Positions 18,125 to 29,562 are shown, numbered from the stretch's first letter. The stretch: 64,000 nucleotides of DNA from Candidatus Omnitrophota bacterium (GCA_043800555.1 JAZDMX010000003.1:240033-304032); one strand, 5' to 3'. The notes: generated by a model from the letters alone, not told the origin. Numbers and translations are program-made.

Positions 18125-20416
18125 ATGCTGAAGAAGCTACCTTTTCTTATTTCTGTTACGGTATTCTTTTGCGCGCTCCCCTGCCTCTTTGCCGAAAACC
18201 TCCTTAAGGCAGGCTCAAAGTCCCAACCAATGACCATTAACGGGGATACTGTTGAATATTCCGCTGATTCGCAGGAAGTTACCGCTTCGGGAGAGGTGGA
18301 GATAATTTCAGGGGATACGAAACTTACCTGTCAGAAACTTACCGTAAATATGCAAACAAAAGTAGGGATAGCCTCCGGGCATGCCAGGCTCCAGGACAGC
18401 AAGGGCATAGTCGAAGGGGAGAAGCTGATTTATAATTTTCAGGATAAAACCGGGACTTTAGTTGACGCGCAATTCCGGGCAAATCCGTTTTTTGGCAAAG
18501 CCAAAAGAGTGGAGAGAGAAAGCGAAAAAGAATTCGTGGCCTATTATGGCTATGCTACTACCTGCAGCTTTGACCGGCCGCACTACCGCATAAGTTCCAA
18601 GCGGATAAACGTCATACCTAATGAATTGATCCAGACTAAAGACGACTATCTTTATTTGAGTTCCTTTCCCTTAATGTATCTGGCCCGCTTTAACCAGATG
18701 TTTGATAAACCGGTTATGCATGTCAGTGTCCTGCCGGGTAAACGTAAGGACTGGGGGCCTTATTTATTGAGCGTATGGGAGTATAACCTGGCCAATAACG
18801 TTTATGCAAGGGCCTATCTGGATTACCGTAATAAATTGGGTTGGGCAGAGGGTTTGGGGTTAAACTACGCTAAAACAGCGGTAGGCGACGGGGACATGAA
18901 ATTTTATTATACCGCTGAAAGCTCAAAAAACTACCCTGCTTCTCCCGGTGTCAATATAAGCGGCGACTATCAGCGTTATCTTATACGCTTGCGCCATAAA
19001 TGGGATATCGATAGCCAGACTAATTTTATCGCCCAGTTTTATAAAATCGGGGATGAAAAAAGGAAGCATGTTGACCCGAATAGCGATTTCCTGCAGGATT
19101 ATTTCTACCGGGAATTTGAAAAGGATTCCGAGCCGTTAACCTACGGTTTGTTCCATCACAGTTTCTCTTATTCAAGCATTGATATGCTGGTGCAGAAACG
19201 CGTCAATCATTGGTATGATCAGCTGGAAAAATTACCGGAGATAAAATATACGCTTCCCAGTTTGCAATTCGGCGAAACCCCTTTCTACGTGGAGAACGGG
19301 TCCACTTTTACTACTTTTAACAAGAATCCGGATACCGTCCCTACTTCGGCTAATACCATTAAAATGTCCAGGTTTGATTCCGCGGGAAAGATCTCGCTTC
19401 CCTCTAAGGTCGCTTTCTTCTGGTTTACCCCGTTTGTAAAGCTACAGGAAACGATTTATGATAAAGGCGCTACCGGAGACAGCGTTCCGGCCAGGACGAT
19501 ATTTTACGCGGGCGCCGACTTAAGCACCAAGTTTTACCGGTTATTTGATACCAAATCCGACTTTCTTGGCCTGGATTTAAACGGCTTAAGGCATATAATT
19601 ACCCCCTCTATAGGGTATTCTTATAATCCGGAGCCGACTATCTCCAGCAATAAACTATACCAGATTGATAGCACCGATTCGATTACTTCCAGTAATGCCG
19701 CCATCCTGGAATTATCGAACAAATTACAGACAAAGCGTAAAGATAAAGATGGTATTGAAAAAAGCCTGGACTTGGTAGATTTTAAAATCTCTAGCCGGTA
19801 TGCGTTTAGCCCCCAGGTTGTTTACGGGACTAATATTATCTATCAGAATAATATCGCCGTTAACGAAACTGACGTTGCCAATAAATATAAAAAAGGCGCT
19901 TCTTTTTCGGATGTCCTTTTTAAGCTCAAGCTGCTTCCTTATTCCTGGCTTAGGATTGAAGCCGACGCTACTTATAAGCATTCGGGGGTCCCCAGCGACG
20001 CGGATTACGAGAATTATAACCATTTCTCGCTTGCCAATTACGATATTTATTTTGATTTCGACAAGGATCGTTCATTTGGATTGGGCCAGCGTTACGCCAG
20101 AAAAGGCCAAAACCAGATAACCGCCAGCTTTAAATGGCGGTTCAACCCAAAATGGAAATTTTCCATATATGAGCGGTATAATTTGAAGGGTTATCTCGAC
20201 ACTTCGGTTTATCCCAATACAAACGTCGGGCAATGTTCGCTGGAACAGCAGATTACCATTACCAGGAACCTGCATTGTTGGGATATGGAGTTGACATGGG
20301 ACACAAGTAAAAATAACGGCTCCACGGTTTATTTGCTTTTTAGGTTAAAGGCGTTTCCTGAGAATGAGTTTGGATTTAACCAGAGCTATAACAGGCCTAA
20401 GTCCGGTTCACAGTAA
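18125..20416 (+). CDS. lptD: LPS-assembly protein LptD (OstA family)
   Basis: 763 aa; signal peptide; an OstA N-terminal domain (GDTVEYSADSQEVTASGEVEI...KLIYN) and a large beta-barrel C-terminus. Confidence 0.8.
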   Translation: MLKKLPFLISVTVFFCALPCLFAENLLKAGSKSQPMTINGDTVEYSADSQEVTASGEVEIISGDTKLTCQKLTVNMQTKVGIASGHARLQDSKGIVEGEKLIYNFQDKTGTLVDAQFRANPFFGKAKRVERESEKEFVAYYGYATTCSFDRPHYRISSKRINVIPNELIQTKDDYLYLSSFPLMYLARFNQMFDKPVMHVSVLPGKRKDWGPYLLSVWEYNLANNVYARAYLDYRNKLGWAEGLGLNYAKTAVGDGDMKFYYTAESSKNYPASPGVNISGDYQRYLIRLRHKWDIDSQTNFIAQFYKIGDEKRKHVDPNSDFLQDYFYREFEKDSEPLTYGLFHHSFSYSSIDMLVQKRVNHWYDQLEKLPEIKYTLPSLQFGETPFYVENGSTFTTFNKNPDTVPTSANTIKMSRFDSAGKISLPSKVAFFWFTPFVKLQETIYDKGATGDSVPARTIFYAGADLSTKFYRLFDTKSDFLGLDLNGLRHIITPSIGYSYNPEPTISSNKLYQIDSTDSITSSNAAILELSNKLQTKRKDKDGIEKSLDLVDFKISSRYAFSPQVVYGTNIIYQNNIAVNETDVANKYKKGASFSDVLFKLKLLPYSWLRIEADATYKHSGVPSDADYENYNHFSLANYDIYFDFDKDRSFGLGQRYARKGQNQITASFKWRFNPKWKFSIYERYNLKGYLDTSVYPNTNVGQCSLEQQITITRNLHCWDMELTWDTSKNNGSTVYLLFRLKAFPENEFGFNQSYNRPKSGSQ

Positions 20417-20528
20417 ATTGGTTTTTTGCGGTTTTAATACATATTAGCCTTTAAAAGGCGCGATAGGCGGTTTTAGGCCGGCTGTATCGGGTGCCGGATG
20501 ATACTGCGGCCGCTATCTAAGAAAAAGG

Positions 20529-21833
20529 GTGCTGATGAATATTTCTATAATTGGTTCGGGTTATGTGGGGTTAGTTAGCGGAGCTTGCCTGGCCGAGGCA
20601 GGCAATAAGGTTATTTGCGTGGATAACGATAAGGCCAAGATTAAAAGCCTGAAAAAAGGATCGATGCCGATATATGAACCCGGTTTAAAAGAGTTGATAG
20701 GGCGGAATGTCCGGGATAAGAGGTTGTATTTCAGCTCAAAGATAAAGGACGCTGTCAGGAGCTCGGAAATAATTTTTATTACCGTGGGTACGCCGCCGCT
20801 TGAGAATGGCGAAGCCGACCTGACCGGGATTGAAAAGGTGGCCCGCAATATTGCCAAGAATATGAATGGCTATAAACTTATTGTCGAGAAATCCACGGTG
20901 CCGGTTGAGACCGGGAATTGGGTGAAACATACTATCGCCACCTATATTAAAAACAAGGCAGAATTCGACGTAGCTTCAAACCCCGAATTTCTAAGAGAAG
21001 GCCAGGCCGTCAATGATTTCATGAATCCCGATCGCATCGTTATCGGGGTTGAATCTGAAAAGGCCAGAGGCCTGTTGGCGAGATTATATAAACCCTTCAA
21101 AGCGCCCCTTGTGGTTACCAATATCAAGTCGGCAGAGTTAATAAAGCATGCCTCCAACGCTTTTTTGGCCACCAAGATTTCATTCATCAACGCCGTAGCC
21201 TGTGTTTGCGACCGGGTAGGCGCCGATGTGGAAGAAGTGGCTAAGGGAATGGGGTTGGATAAACGGATAGGCCCAAGCTTCTTAAAGGCGGGTATCGGTT
21301 ACGGCGGGTCGTGCTTTCCTAAAGACCTGGATGCCTTTGTGCATATTTCCGACAAGATCGGTTACGATTTCAATTTACTTAAGTCCGTTAAGAAAATAAA
21401 CGAAGGGCAAATGGGTTTTATGCTTAAGAAGATAAGAGATTCATTGTGGATAATCAAAAATAAGACAATCTGCGTTTTGGGCCTGGCTTTTAAATCCGAT
21501 ACCGATGATATCCGGAATTCTTCGGCCATAGAATTAATCAAGGCGCTGCAGAAAGAAGGGGCTAAGATCAGGGCCTATGACCCAAAGGCGATGAAGAAAG
21601 CAAAGCGGGAGTTAAAGAAAACTACTTTTTGCGCCGATGCCTATTCAGCCTGCCGCGGCTCTGATTGCCTTTTGATCGCTACCGAGTGGGATGAATTCAG
21701 GAAGTTGGATTTCCGCAGGGTAAAAAAGATGCTTAAGCGGCCCTTAATTATCGACGGGCGCAATCTCCTTGAGCCTAAGGGCCTGGAAAAGTCCGGGTTT
21801 TGTTATGTCGGAGTAGGCAGGAAGAAAGAATGA
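20529..21833 (+). CDS. ugd: UDP-glucose 6-dehydrogenase
   Basis: 434 aa; NAD-binding IIGSGYVGLVSGACLA; catalytic GGSCFPKD. Confidence 0.9.
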   Translation: MLMNISIIGSGYVGLVSGACLAEAGNKVICVDNDKAKIKSLKKGSMPIYEPGLKELIGRNVRDKRLYFSSKIKDAVRSSEIIFITVGTPPLENGEADLTGIEKVARNIAKNMNGYKLIVEKSTVPVETGNWVKHTIATYIKNKAEFDVASNPEFLREGQAVNDFMNPDRIVIGVESEKARGLLARLYKPFKAPLVVTNIKSAELIKHASNAFLATKISFINAVACVCDRVGADVEEVAKGMGLDKRIGPSFLKAGIGYGGSCFPKDLDAFVHISDKIGYDFNLLKSVKKINEGQMGFMLKKIRDSLWIIKNKTICVLGLAFKSDTDDIRNSSAIELIKALQKEGAKIRAYDPKAMKKAKRELKKTTFCADAYSACRGSDCLLIATEWDEFRKLDFRRVKKMLKRPLIIDGRNLLEPKGLEKSGFCYVGVGRKKE

Positions 21834-23110
21834 TTAATAATAAGAAATTGAAAATTGCCGTTGTGGGCCTGGGCTATGTCGGGTTCCCCTTAGCTATTGA
21901 ATTTGCCAAAAAGGGGGTCCTGGTAGCCGGAGTTGAGATAGACCAGGGCCGTCTCGCTCATATAAGGCGCAAGGAATCCTATATTACGGATGTCGCAACC
22001 CGGCAATTAAGGGGCGTCTTAGAGAAGAAAACATTCAGCGCTACTTCCGATTTTTCTGTTTTAAAAGAATGCAGCGCGGTATTGGTTTGCGTCCCCACTC
22101 CTTTAAAAAGAAAATATCTTCCGGATATATCTTATATAAAGGATTCGCTCGGTTCTGTCGCCAGGAACATAAAGAAAGGGGCCTTGGTCATTCTGGAGAG
22201 CACGACTTATCCGGGCACGACCGAAGAGGTGATACTTCCGATATTTAAAAGCCAAAACCTGGAGCACGGGAAAGACTTTTATCTTTGTTTTTCACCCGAA
22301 AGAATTGACCCGGGAAACAAGGATTTTCCCGTAAACAAGATTCCTAAAGTAGTCGGCGGATTAAATGCGAAGGCAACCCGCATGGCTCTTTCTCTTTATA
22401 GGATTATCATCGATAAGGTTGTCCCTGTTTCTAGCCCTCGGGCGGCTGAAACCGTCAAGTTGCTTGAAAATACTTTTCGTCTGGTTAATATCGGGCTGAT
22501 AGACGAATTGGCGATGATGTGCCACAAGATGAAAATCGATATCTGGGAAATTATCCGGGCGGCTTCTACCAAGCCTTTTGGATTCATGCCCTTTTACCCG
22601 GGCCCCGGAGTGGGTGGCCATTGCATACCGAAAGACCCCCTATACTTGTATTGGAAGGCTAAAAGCTTCGGGTTTAATTCCCGTTTTATCCGCTTGGCCT
22701 CCGGTATAGTAAATTATATGCCTGAATATGTAGCCTTAAGAATCGAAGAGGAACTTTTAAAAAGGGGCCTGAAGTTAAAAGGTTCTTCTATCCTTGTGTC
22801 AGGGGTAACCTACAAAAAAGACGTTAAAGACTTACGCAAGTCCCCCAGCATAGATATAATCAAGGAACTGAAGAAGAGGGGTGTAAGGGTAACGTATTCC
22901 GACCCTCTAATACCCTATTTGAATATTGACCAGGTTCACTTGAGGTCGATTCCAATAACTAAAAGCGCTCTGGCTAGGTTTGATTGCCTAGTCGTGGCTA
23001 CGGACCATTCTAATGTTGACTATAAAACGATATTTAGCGCCTCAAAGCTTATTTTTGACACCCGCTGTGTATACAGGGATACGATTGATGACAAATTGGT
23101 GAGGCTATGA
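21830..23110 (+). CDS. nucleotide-sugar dehydrogenase (WecC/Cap5O-like UDP-N-acetyl-D-mannosamine dehydrogenase family)
   Basis: About 427 aa from ATG 21830 (ATGA overlap with ugd); VVGLGYVGFPLA and GGHCIPKD motifs. Confidence 0.8.
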   Translation: MINNKKLKIAVVGLGYVGFPLAIEFAKKGVLVAGVEIDQGRLAHIRRKESYITDVATRQLRGVLEKKTFSATSDFSVLKECSAVLVCVPTPLKRKYLPDISYIKDSLGSVARNIKKGALVILESTTYPGTTEEVILPIFKSQNLEHGKDFYLCFSPERIDPGNKDFPVNKIPKVVGGLNAKATRMALSLYRIIIDKVVPVSSPRAAETVKLLENTFRLVNIGLIDELAMMCHKMKIDIWEIIRAASTKPFGFMPFYPGPGVGGHCIPKDPLYLYWKAKSFGFNSRFIRLASGIVNYMPEYVALRIEEELLKRGLKLKGSSILVSGVTYKKDVKDLRKSPSIDIIKELKKRGVRVTYSDPLIPYLNIDQVHLRSIPITKSALARFDCLVVATDHSNVDYKTIFSASKLIFDTRCVYRDTIDDKLVRL

Positions 23111-24051
23111 AGGCAACGGTTTTTATAACAGGCGGAGCCGGGTTTATCGGGTCGCATCTTTGTTCTAAGCTGATTAAATCGGGGCACCGGGTCATTTGCG
23201 CCGATAACCTTATTACCGGCAGTTTGAAGAATATAAGCCCATTATTGAATGACAAGAAGTTTGTTTTTAAGAAGCAGGATGTTTCCCGGGCGTTTAATAT
23301 CAAGGAGAAGGTAGGTTACGTTTTGCATTGCGCATCCCTGGCTTCTCCCGAGGATTATTTGCGTTTTCCGGTAGAAACGCTTAAGGTCGGCTCTTGGGGG
23401 ACGCATAACGCTTTAGGTTTGGCAAAAAAGAATAAAGCTGTTTTTATGCTTTTTTCCACTTCCGAGGTCTATGGCGACCCCTTAATCCATCCGCAAAAAG
23501 AGAGTTACTGGGGTAACGTAAATAGCGTCGGAGAACGCGGCTGCTATGATGAATCCAAGCGTTTTTCCGAAGCCCTGACTATGGCCTATCGCCGCGTCCA
23601 TAAGCTGGATACCCGCATCGCCAGGATATTTAACACTTACGGCCCGGGAATGCGGGCGGATGACGGCCGCGTTGTCCCCAATTTCATCAATCAGGCTTTA
23701 GCCGGCAAGCCCCTGACTGTTTACGGCAAGGGGATTCAGACGCGCAGCTTCTGTTATATAGATGATTTGACTGAAGGATTGTGCCGCCTGATGCTTAAAC
23801 CTATCCATGAGCCGGTTAATTTAGGCAATCCCCGTGAATTTAGCGTTATGCAATTGGCAAAAATCGTGCTGAAGCTGGCCGATTCCAAAAGCAAGATTGT
23901 CTTCAGGCCTTTGCCGCAGGATGACCCCCGCCAGCGCCGGCCGGATATCCATAGGGCTAGGGCGCTTTTAAAATGGGATCCTAAAGTTTCCCTTGAAGAA
24001 GGCCTGGCCAAAACTATGCCTTTTTTTAGCCATTCCCTAAAGCCTAAGTAA
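23107..24051 (+). CDS. UDP-glucuronate decarboxylase (UDP-xylose synthase), SDR family
   Basis: 314 aa; GGAGFIGSHL Rossmann motif; YxxxK catalytic motif (YDESK). Confidence 0.85.
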   Translation: MKATVFITGGAGFIGSHLCSKLIKSGHRVICADNLITGSLKNISPLLNDKKFVFKKQDVSRAFNIKEKVGYVLHCASLASPEDYLRFPVETLKVGSWGTHNALGLAKKNKAVFMLFSTSEVYGDPLIHPQKESYWGNVNSVGERGCYDESKRFSEALTMAYRRVHKLDTRIARIFNTYGPGMRADDGRVVPNFINQALAGKPLTVYGKGIQTRSFCYIDDLTEGLCRLMLKPIHEPVNLGNPREFSVMQLAKIVLKLADSKSKIVFRPLPQDDPRQRRPDIHRARALLKWDPKVSLEEGLAKTMPFFSHSLKPK

Positions 24052-24098
24052 GAGAAAAACTCTTTTTATCCCAAAATTCAACCAAAGAAAGCGCTTTC

Positions 24099-24128
24099 TT
24101 GACAAGGGGTATATTTATATGTTATACT
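24099..24128 (+). promoter_or_regulatory. promoter candidate for cvpA (TTGACA-18nt-TATACT), overlapped by the 12-bp perfect palindrome GAAAGCGCTTTC (24087-24098)
   Basis: Sequence motifs only. Confidence 0.35.
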
Positions 24129-24186
24129 TTACCGATTTAGCCCCTTTAAACCTTAAGCCCTAAACCAGCAAGAAAGGCCTAACCCT

Positions 24187-24771
24187 ATGTTATTAAATAT
24201 TTTAAAGCAAATTAATTGGGTGGATATCGGAGTGTTGCTTTTGGCAATAAGGATTTGCCTTACCGCTGTTAAGAATGGCTTCCCTATCGAGTTATTCAAG
24301 TTTATCGGCACGCTGGCGGCGATTTACCTTTCTTCGCATTATTACATTATTGTTTCGGATTATATAGCCGATTTGCTTTCTTTGAGCAATAAGCTCCCCC
24401 TGGAATTTCTGGATTTCATCGTTTTTGTGCTCATCGCTATAGGCAGCTACGTTATATTTGCGTTATTGCGCGGCATATTCGGCAGCCTCTTAAAGATGGA
24501 GGCCGTATCTACCTTAAATAAATGGGGCAGCCTGGTTTTAGGCCTGGCTAGGGCGTCTTTTTTGGCCAGCTTGATTATTTTCTCGATGTTTATTTCGAGC
24601 GTAAATTATTTTAAGAATAGCGTAAGGGCGTCTTATTGCGCTAAACGCTTATTTGTAATTTGCCCGGGCACCTATACGTGGCTATGGAATAAAGTAACCT
24701 CTAAGTTCATAACCTTCGAAAGATTCAACGATAATATAAATTCGGTAAACGAGGAGTTCTGGAAGGGTTAA
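24187..24771 (+). CDS. cvpA: CvpA family membrane protein
   Basis: 194 aa; four TM helices; N-terminal pattern typical of CvpA. Confidence 0.6.
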   Translation: MLLNILKQINWVDIGVLLLAIRICLTAVKNGFPIELFKFIGTLAAIYLSSHYYIIVSDYIADLLSLSNKLPLEFLDFIVFVLIAIGSYVIFALLRGIFGSLLKMEAVSTLNKWGSLVLGLARASFLASLIIFSMFISSVNYFKNSVRASYCAKRLFVICPGTYTWLWNKVTSKFITFERFNDNINSVNEEFWKG

Positions 24772-24959
24772 GCATTCTTGCCTTAAGGATATTTAAGGCG
24801 GTTATGTAGCTGCCTGCTAAAGAGGTAGAGGGAGTAGCCGGCAGGTGGTATTTGGAGCCCTGCCTGTAAGCTATTGCCGCCGGATTGCCTGGGGAGAATG
24901 TTAATTAAGCCGGGAATGAAGGTATAGGCGCAAATCGCAAATATGAAAGAAGGTGGCGG

Positions 24960-25829
24960 ATGAAATTGTCCCGTTTTTATGAGCTAGTTGTGGAGAATGG
25001 CTTAAAGTGCGACCCGAGGGCCGATAAAGCGGCGGTAAAATCATACCCGGATTCCGCCTTGCTTTACGGCGATCCCGATACGCAAGTAAGGAAAATCCTT
25101 ATCGGGGTGGATATGGAGGTCGGCGAATTGCTTTTGGCTGACAGGATCCGCCAGAAAGAAGGCCTGGATTTAGTGATTTCTCATCATCCCGAGGGAAAGG
25201 CATACGCGCTTTTGCATGAAGTCATGCGCCTGCAGGTAGATTTGTTGACGCAGGCCGGCGTTTGCGGAGTTGTCGCCAAAAAGCTTTTAGATGAAAGGAT
25301 GAACGAAGTAGCCCGCAGGATCCTTCCCCAGAATCATTCGCGTTCGGTTGATGCCGCGCGCCTTTTGAATATGCCGTATATGTGCATGCATACGCCGGCG
25401 GATAACCAGGTGTACCGTTTTCTTGAGAAATTAATGCGGTCCAGGAAACCCAGGGCCGTCAAGGACATAGTAAGGATTTTGCTTGAGGTCCCGGAATACC
25501 GCCAGGCGGAAATGAACGAATGCGGCCCGCGGATAATCCTGGGATCGCCTAACCGGCCCGCAGGCAAGATCTTCTTTGAAATGACCGGCGGGACCGAAGG
25601 GCCCAAAGAAGCATTCGCCCAGCTTTATAAGGCCGGGGTAAGGACGCTTATTTCAATGCATTTAAGCGAGGAGCATCTTAAAAAAGCCAAAGAGGCGTCT
25701 TTAAGCGTCGTGATCGCCGGGCACATCTCAAGCGACGTTTTGGGCCTGAATCTTTTGTTGGATAGGATTGAAAAGGAAGAAAGGCTGGAAGTTATAGGTT
25801 GTTCGGGATTTAAGAGGGTGAGAAGGTGA
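24960..25829 (+). CDS. Nif3-like dinuclear metal-centre protein (YbgI/GTP cyclohydrolase 1 type 2 family)
   Basis: 289 aa; ISHHP, MHTPAD and AGHISSD motifs align with the metal-binding His/Asp of the Nif3 family. Confidence 0.6.
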   Translation: MKLSRFYELVVENGLKCDPRADKAAVKSYPDSALLYGDPDTQVRKILIGVDMEVGELLLADRIRQKEGLDLVISHHPEGKAYALLHEVMRLQVDLLTQAGVCGVVAKKLLDERMNEVARRILPQNHSRSVDAARLLNMPYMCMHTPADNQVYRFLEKLMRSRKPRAVKDIVRILLEVPEYRQAEMNECGPRIILGSPNRPAGKIFFEMTGGTEGPKEAFAQLYKAGVRTLISMHLSEEHLKKAKEASLSVVIAGHISSDVLGLNLLLDRIEKEERLEVIGCSGFKRVRR

Positions 25830-25830
25830 T

Positions 25831-27597
25831 ATGCCGGGCATGATCCCTGAAAATATATTGGATGAAGTTTTGAGCCGGGTTGATATCGTTGAAGTTATCA
25901 GCTCCTGTATCCCTCTTAAACGGGTTGGCCGTAACTTTAAGGCTTGCTGCCCGTTTCATCACGAGAAAACCCCTTCTTTTATGGTTTCGCCCGAACGCCA
26001 GATATATCATTGTTTTGGCTGCGGAGAGTCCGGAAACGCTTTTAAGTTTCTGATGCGCCATGAACGCATGGATTTCCCGGAAGCAGTGGAATTCCTGGCG
26101 AAAAAGGCGGGGGTTATCCTGGAGAAGAAAGAGCTTCGCGAGGACAAAACCCAGGGATTATCCAGCCGGTTATATAAAATCAACGAATTAGCCGCAAACT
26201 TCTACGCCAATAACCTGAATTCTAAAGAGGGTTCCGGGGCAGCCGACTATTTAATCAAGCGCCGGATAAAACGGGAGACCTGCATTGGGTTAAAAATCGG
26301 TTTTGCTCCCGTTAAATGGGACGGTTTGATTAATTACCTGCGTTCCAAATCAATAAGCTTGGACCTGATGGAGAAGGCCGGCCTTATTATAAGCAAGGAA
26401 GGCGGAGGCTATTATGACAGGTTTAGGAACCGCGTACTATTTCCTATTTTTGACGCTAAGGATCGCGTTTTAGGTTTTGGGGGAAGGGTTTTGGATAACA
26501 GCCTGCCTAAATACCTTAATTCTCCGGAAACTCCCGTTTATTCCAAGGGCAAGAATTTATACGGGTTTAACCTGGCCAAGGATGCTATAAGGGAAAATGA
26601 TTTTGTGGTAATAGTGGAAGGATACTTCGATTTTTTGATCCCTTACCAGGAGGGGCTGAATTGTATCGTAGCTTCATTAGGGACCGCCCTTACCGTCGAA
26701 CAGGTAAGGCTGCTGAAAAGATATACCCATAACGTAGTTATGATTTATGACGCGGATACTGCCGGGGAATTGGCCACGTTGCGCAGCCTCGATATATTTA
26801 TCGAAGAAGAGATGAACGTAAGGATTTGTTCTTTGCCAAAAGACCTGGATCCGGATTTGTTTGTGCGTAAATACGGGATAGCGGCCCTGCAAGAAAAGAT
26901 TGTTTCTGCGCAAGGAATATTGGATTATAAGCTCGGGGTCTTAAAAAGCCGCCATAGCATAAAAGAGATAGAGGGCGTAGCCAAGGTTTCCAGTTTAATG
27001 CTTGAAACTATTGCTAAATTCAAGAACGCGATAATGAAATCGGGACACATAAAGAAACTGGCCCAGGAGCTAAACCTTAGGGAAGAAGACTTGCTTGAAG
27101 AAGCTAAGAAAATAAAATCGCCTAAAGCCTCTTTGGGCCGGATTGAGCCGGCTTCAAGGAAAATCACCCGTAACGTTAACCCGACGGAGAAATTGCTTAT
27201 GTCGCTGATGCTGGAAGAAAACAGCCTTATCGAGCGGATAAGAAGCAGGCTGAATCCCTCGGATTTTCAGGATGAGCGGATATCCAGCATAGTTTCTATT
27301 ATGTTTGATCTGGCCAAGCAGGGTAAGAAAGTAGGGCCGCAGGTTTTAATGAACCATCTGGGGGACGGCATTTCGGAATTAGTTTGCGAATCCGTGTTTT
27401 TGCCTCCGGCCGCCGACTCGGAGAGCCATAAAGAAAAGGTGCTTGAGGATTGTATCCGGCGCATGAAGAGCGAAAGCTCGAGGCTGGAAAGGCACAGGCT
27501 GCATGAACAGATAAAACTCGCGCAAAATTCGGGGGATACCGAACGCCTCTTGAGCCTTACGGAAGAATTTCACTTGTTAATCAAAAAGAGAAAGTAG
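25831..27597 (+). CDS. dnaG: DNA primase DnaG
   Basis: 588 aa; zinc ribbon CPFHHEKTPSFMVSPERQIYHCFGCG; TOPRIM domain. Confidence 0.93.
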   Translation: MPGMIPENILDEVLSRVDIVEVISSCIPLKRVGRNFKACCPFHHEKTPSFMVSPERQIYHCFGCGESGNAFKFLMRHERMDFPEAVEFLAKKAGVILEKKELREDKTQGLSSRLYKINELAANFYANNLNSKEGSGAADYLIKRRIKRETCIGLKIGFAPVKWDGLINYLRSKSISLDLMEKAGLIISKEGGGYYDRFRNRVLFPIFDAKDRVLGFGGRVLDNSLPKYLNSPETPVYSKGKNLYGFNLAKDAIRENDFVVIVEGYFDFLIPYQEGLNCIVASLGTALTVEQVRLLKRYTHNVVMIYDADTAGELATLRSLDIFIEEEMNVRICSLPKDLDPDLFVRKYGIAALQEKIVSAQGILDYKLGVLKSRHSIKEIEGVAKVSSLMLETIAKFKNAIMKSGHIKKLAQELNLREEDLLEEAKKIKSPKASLGRIEPASRKITRNVNPTEKLLMSLMLEENSLIERIRSRLNPSDFQDERISSIVSIMFDLAKQGKKVGPQVLMNHLGDGISELVCESVFLPPAADSESHKEKVLEDCIRRMKSESSRLERHRLHEQIKLAQNSGDTERLLSLTEEFHLLIKKRK

Positions 27598-27606
27598 GAA
27601 AAGAAG

Positions 27607-29133
27607 ATGAGAAAGAAAGCGTACCCGGCTAAAGACCTGGAAAAAATTATAGCATTAGGCAAGCAAAAAGGTTTTCTTACTTACGATGAAGTAAATGAGC
27701 TGCTCCCCGAAGACCTTTCTTCCTCCGACGATATGGATCATTTGTTTGAGTTGCTGGGGAATGAAGATATACAGGTAGTTGAGCGCGAAGAAGATAAGGC
27801 CGCAGATAAAGAAGGTTCTTTGATAAGAGAGGAATCTTTAACCGAACAGCTAAAATCGGAAGAGAAATTCCTTCCTTTGGATGACCCGGTAAAAATGTAC
27901 CTTAAGCAGATGGGTTCTATTTCTTTGCTCTCCCGGGAGCATGAAATTGAATTGGCGAAAAAGATTGAAGAGGCCGAAGATAAATTTAAGCGGGCCTCTT
28001 TAAGTTCTAAGCTTGTGCGCAACGAAACGATCCTGGTGGCTAATGAAATTGTCGAGGGCAAGCTTAACCTGGAAGAAGTGGTCAAAGAGGATATTAAGGC
28101 AAAAAAGATAAATGTCGCTTCCAAAATAAAAAGGATCCTTAAAAAGCTTAAAACTACCCGTAGCGATGCCGTTGCGGTTGAGCTGCTTTTGGAGTTTAAT
28201 TTCGTGACTTCGGTGGTGGAGGCGGCGGTGCGTAAGCTTAATCGGCTTTTAAAAGAGTTTGAGCATATCCGTAAATCCGCGCGCGAGCTGGCAAGGAAGA
28301 AAATTATACTGAAAGAATTGGGAGAACCGGTAAATAAGATTAAAGAGCAGATGAAGCTGGTTAAATCTATGAACGTCAGGTTTAACCGTTGCAAGAAAAA
28401 GTTAGTCGAGGCGAATTTAAGGCTGGTGGTAAGCATAGCCAAGAAATACACCAACAGGGGTTTATCGTTTCTGGATTTGATCCAGGAAGGCAATATCGGG
28501 CTTATGCGCGCCGTAGAAAAGTTCGAATATAAAAGGGGCTATAAATTTTCAACTTACGCTACCTGGTGGATAAGGCAGGCAATTACCCGTTCTATTGCCG
28601 ACCAGGCGCGCACCATAAGGATACCCGTGCATATGACCGAGACAATCAATAAAATTATCCGTTATTCCCGCGTTTTTGTCCAGGAGAACGGCCGCGAGCC
28701 TTTACCCGAAGAGATCGCCCATAAAATGCGCCTGCCGCAGGAGAAGGTAAAAACGATATTAAAGATTGCCCAGGAACCGATCTCCCTGCAAATGCCGATT
28801 GGCGACGAGGGGGATACGCATTTTGGAGATTTTATCCAGGATAAAAAGGCAGTTTCTCCGGCAAACGAAACTGTCCGTTCAATGTTAAAAGATGAGATGA
28901 ATTCCGCTTTAAGCACGCTTACCGACAGGGAGAAGAAGATCCTCGTTTTGCGTTTTGGCATTCAAGACGGTTCAAACCGCACCTTGGAAGAGGTGGGCAA
29001 TGTTTTCCGGGTTACCCGTGAAAGGGTGCGGCAGATCGAGGCCAAGGCGTTAAAGAAGCTTCGGCACCCCACGCGTTCAAGAAGGTTAAGGACTTTTCTG
29101 GATATGACTCTTGCTCATCAAAGAGAGTATTAA
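27607..29133 (+). CDS. rpoD: RNA polymerase sigma factor RpoD (sigma70)
   Basis: 508 aa; regions 1.1-4 including the -10 recognition helix [17 protein letters not shown] and region 4 [14 protein letters not shown]. Confidence 0.95.
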   Translation: MRKKAYPAKDLEKIIALGKQKGFLTYDEVNELLPEDLSSSDDMDHLFELLGNEDIQVVEREEDKAADKEGSLIREESLTEQLKSEEKFLPLDDPVKMYLKQMGSISLLSREHEIELAKKIEEAEDKFKRASLSSKLVRNETILVANEIVEGKLNLEEVVKEDIKAKKINVASKIKRILKKLKTTRSDAVAVELLLEFNFVTSVVEAAVRKLNRLLKEFEHIRKSARELARKKIILKELGEPVNKIKEQMKLVKSMNVRFNRCKKKLVEANLRLVVSIAKKYTNRGLSFLDLIQEGNIGLMRAVEKFEYKRGYKFSTYATWWIRQAITRSIADQARTIRIPVHMTETINKIIRYSRVFVQENGREPLPEEIAHKMRLPQEKVKTILKIAQEPISLQMPIGDEGDTHFGDFIQDKKAVSPANETVRSMLKDEMNSALSTLTDREKKILVLRFGIQDGSNRTLEEVGNVFRVTRERVRQIEAKALKKLRHPTRSRRLRTFLDMTLAHQREY

Positions 29134-29406
29134 TTATCGGATTAGCCCTTAACGCAAGGCTTCTCAAATTGTTTTCTTCCGGCAAAGCCCGCTATAAATC
29201 CTGACGGTTTCCCAGCCTTTGGCTTGCTTGCGGCTACCGCAGATGGCAATAATCAGGAATCAGCCTTTTAGCGAGAAAATAGTTGCCAAAAACCCCAGAT
29301 AATAGTATCATACTATGTTAAGTTGTTAAAGCCTGATTCCCGGATGACTTATTTTGGCGAATTGTCGGGGGGATGAGCGGCTAATGGGCAAACGAACCGT
29401 TTTACG

Positions 29407-29478
29407 GGGCCTATAGCTCAGCGGTAGAGCAGGAGACTCATAATCTCTTGGTCGGAGGTCCGAATCCTTCTGGGCCCA
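29407..29478 (+). tRNA. tRNA with anticodon CAU; overall similarity to E. coli ileX (tRNA-Ile2, lysidine) suggests Ile2 rather than elongator Met
   Basis: Cloverleaf: acceptor GGGCCTA/TGGGCCC, anticodon loop CTCATAA, T-loop TCCGAAT; no encoded CCA. Confidence 0.85.
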
Positions 29479-29562
29479 CATTAAATATTATTTATTGGCC
29501 AGGGTTTTATAGCCGCCTCAAGCGGAATCACGAAAAGAAATACCCCCGGCAGGGACAAATAC

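Noticed and set aside
24772-24959. 188-nt intergenic region upstream of the Nif3-like gene with repeated CCTGCC motifs as a possible riboswitch or sRNA
   Set aside because: No recognisable conserved riboswitch core or convincing stable structure was found by eye. It would need an Rfam scan.
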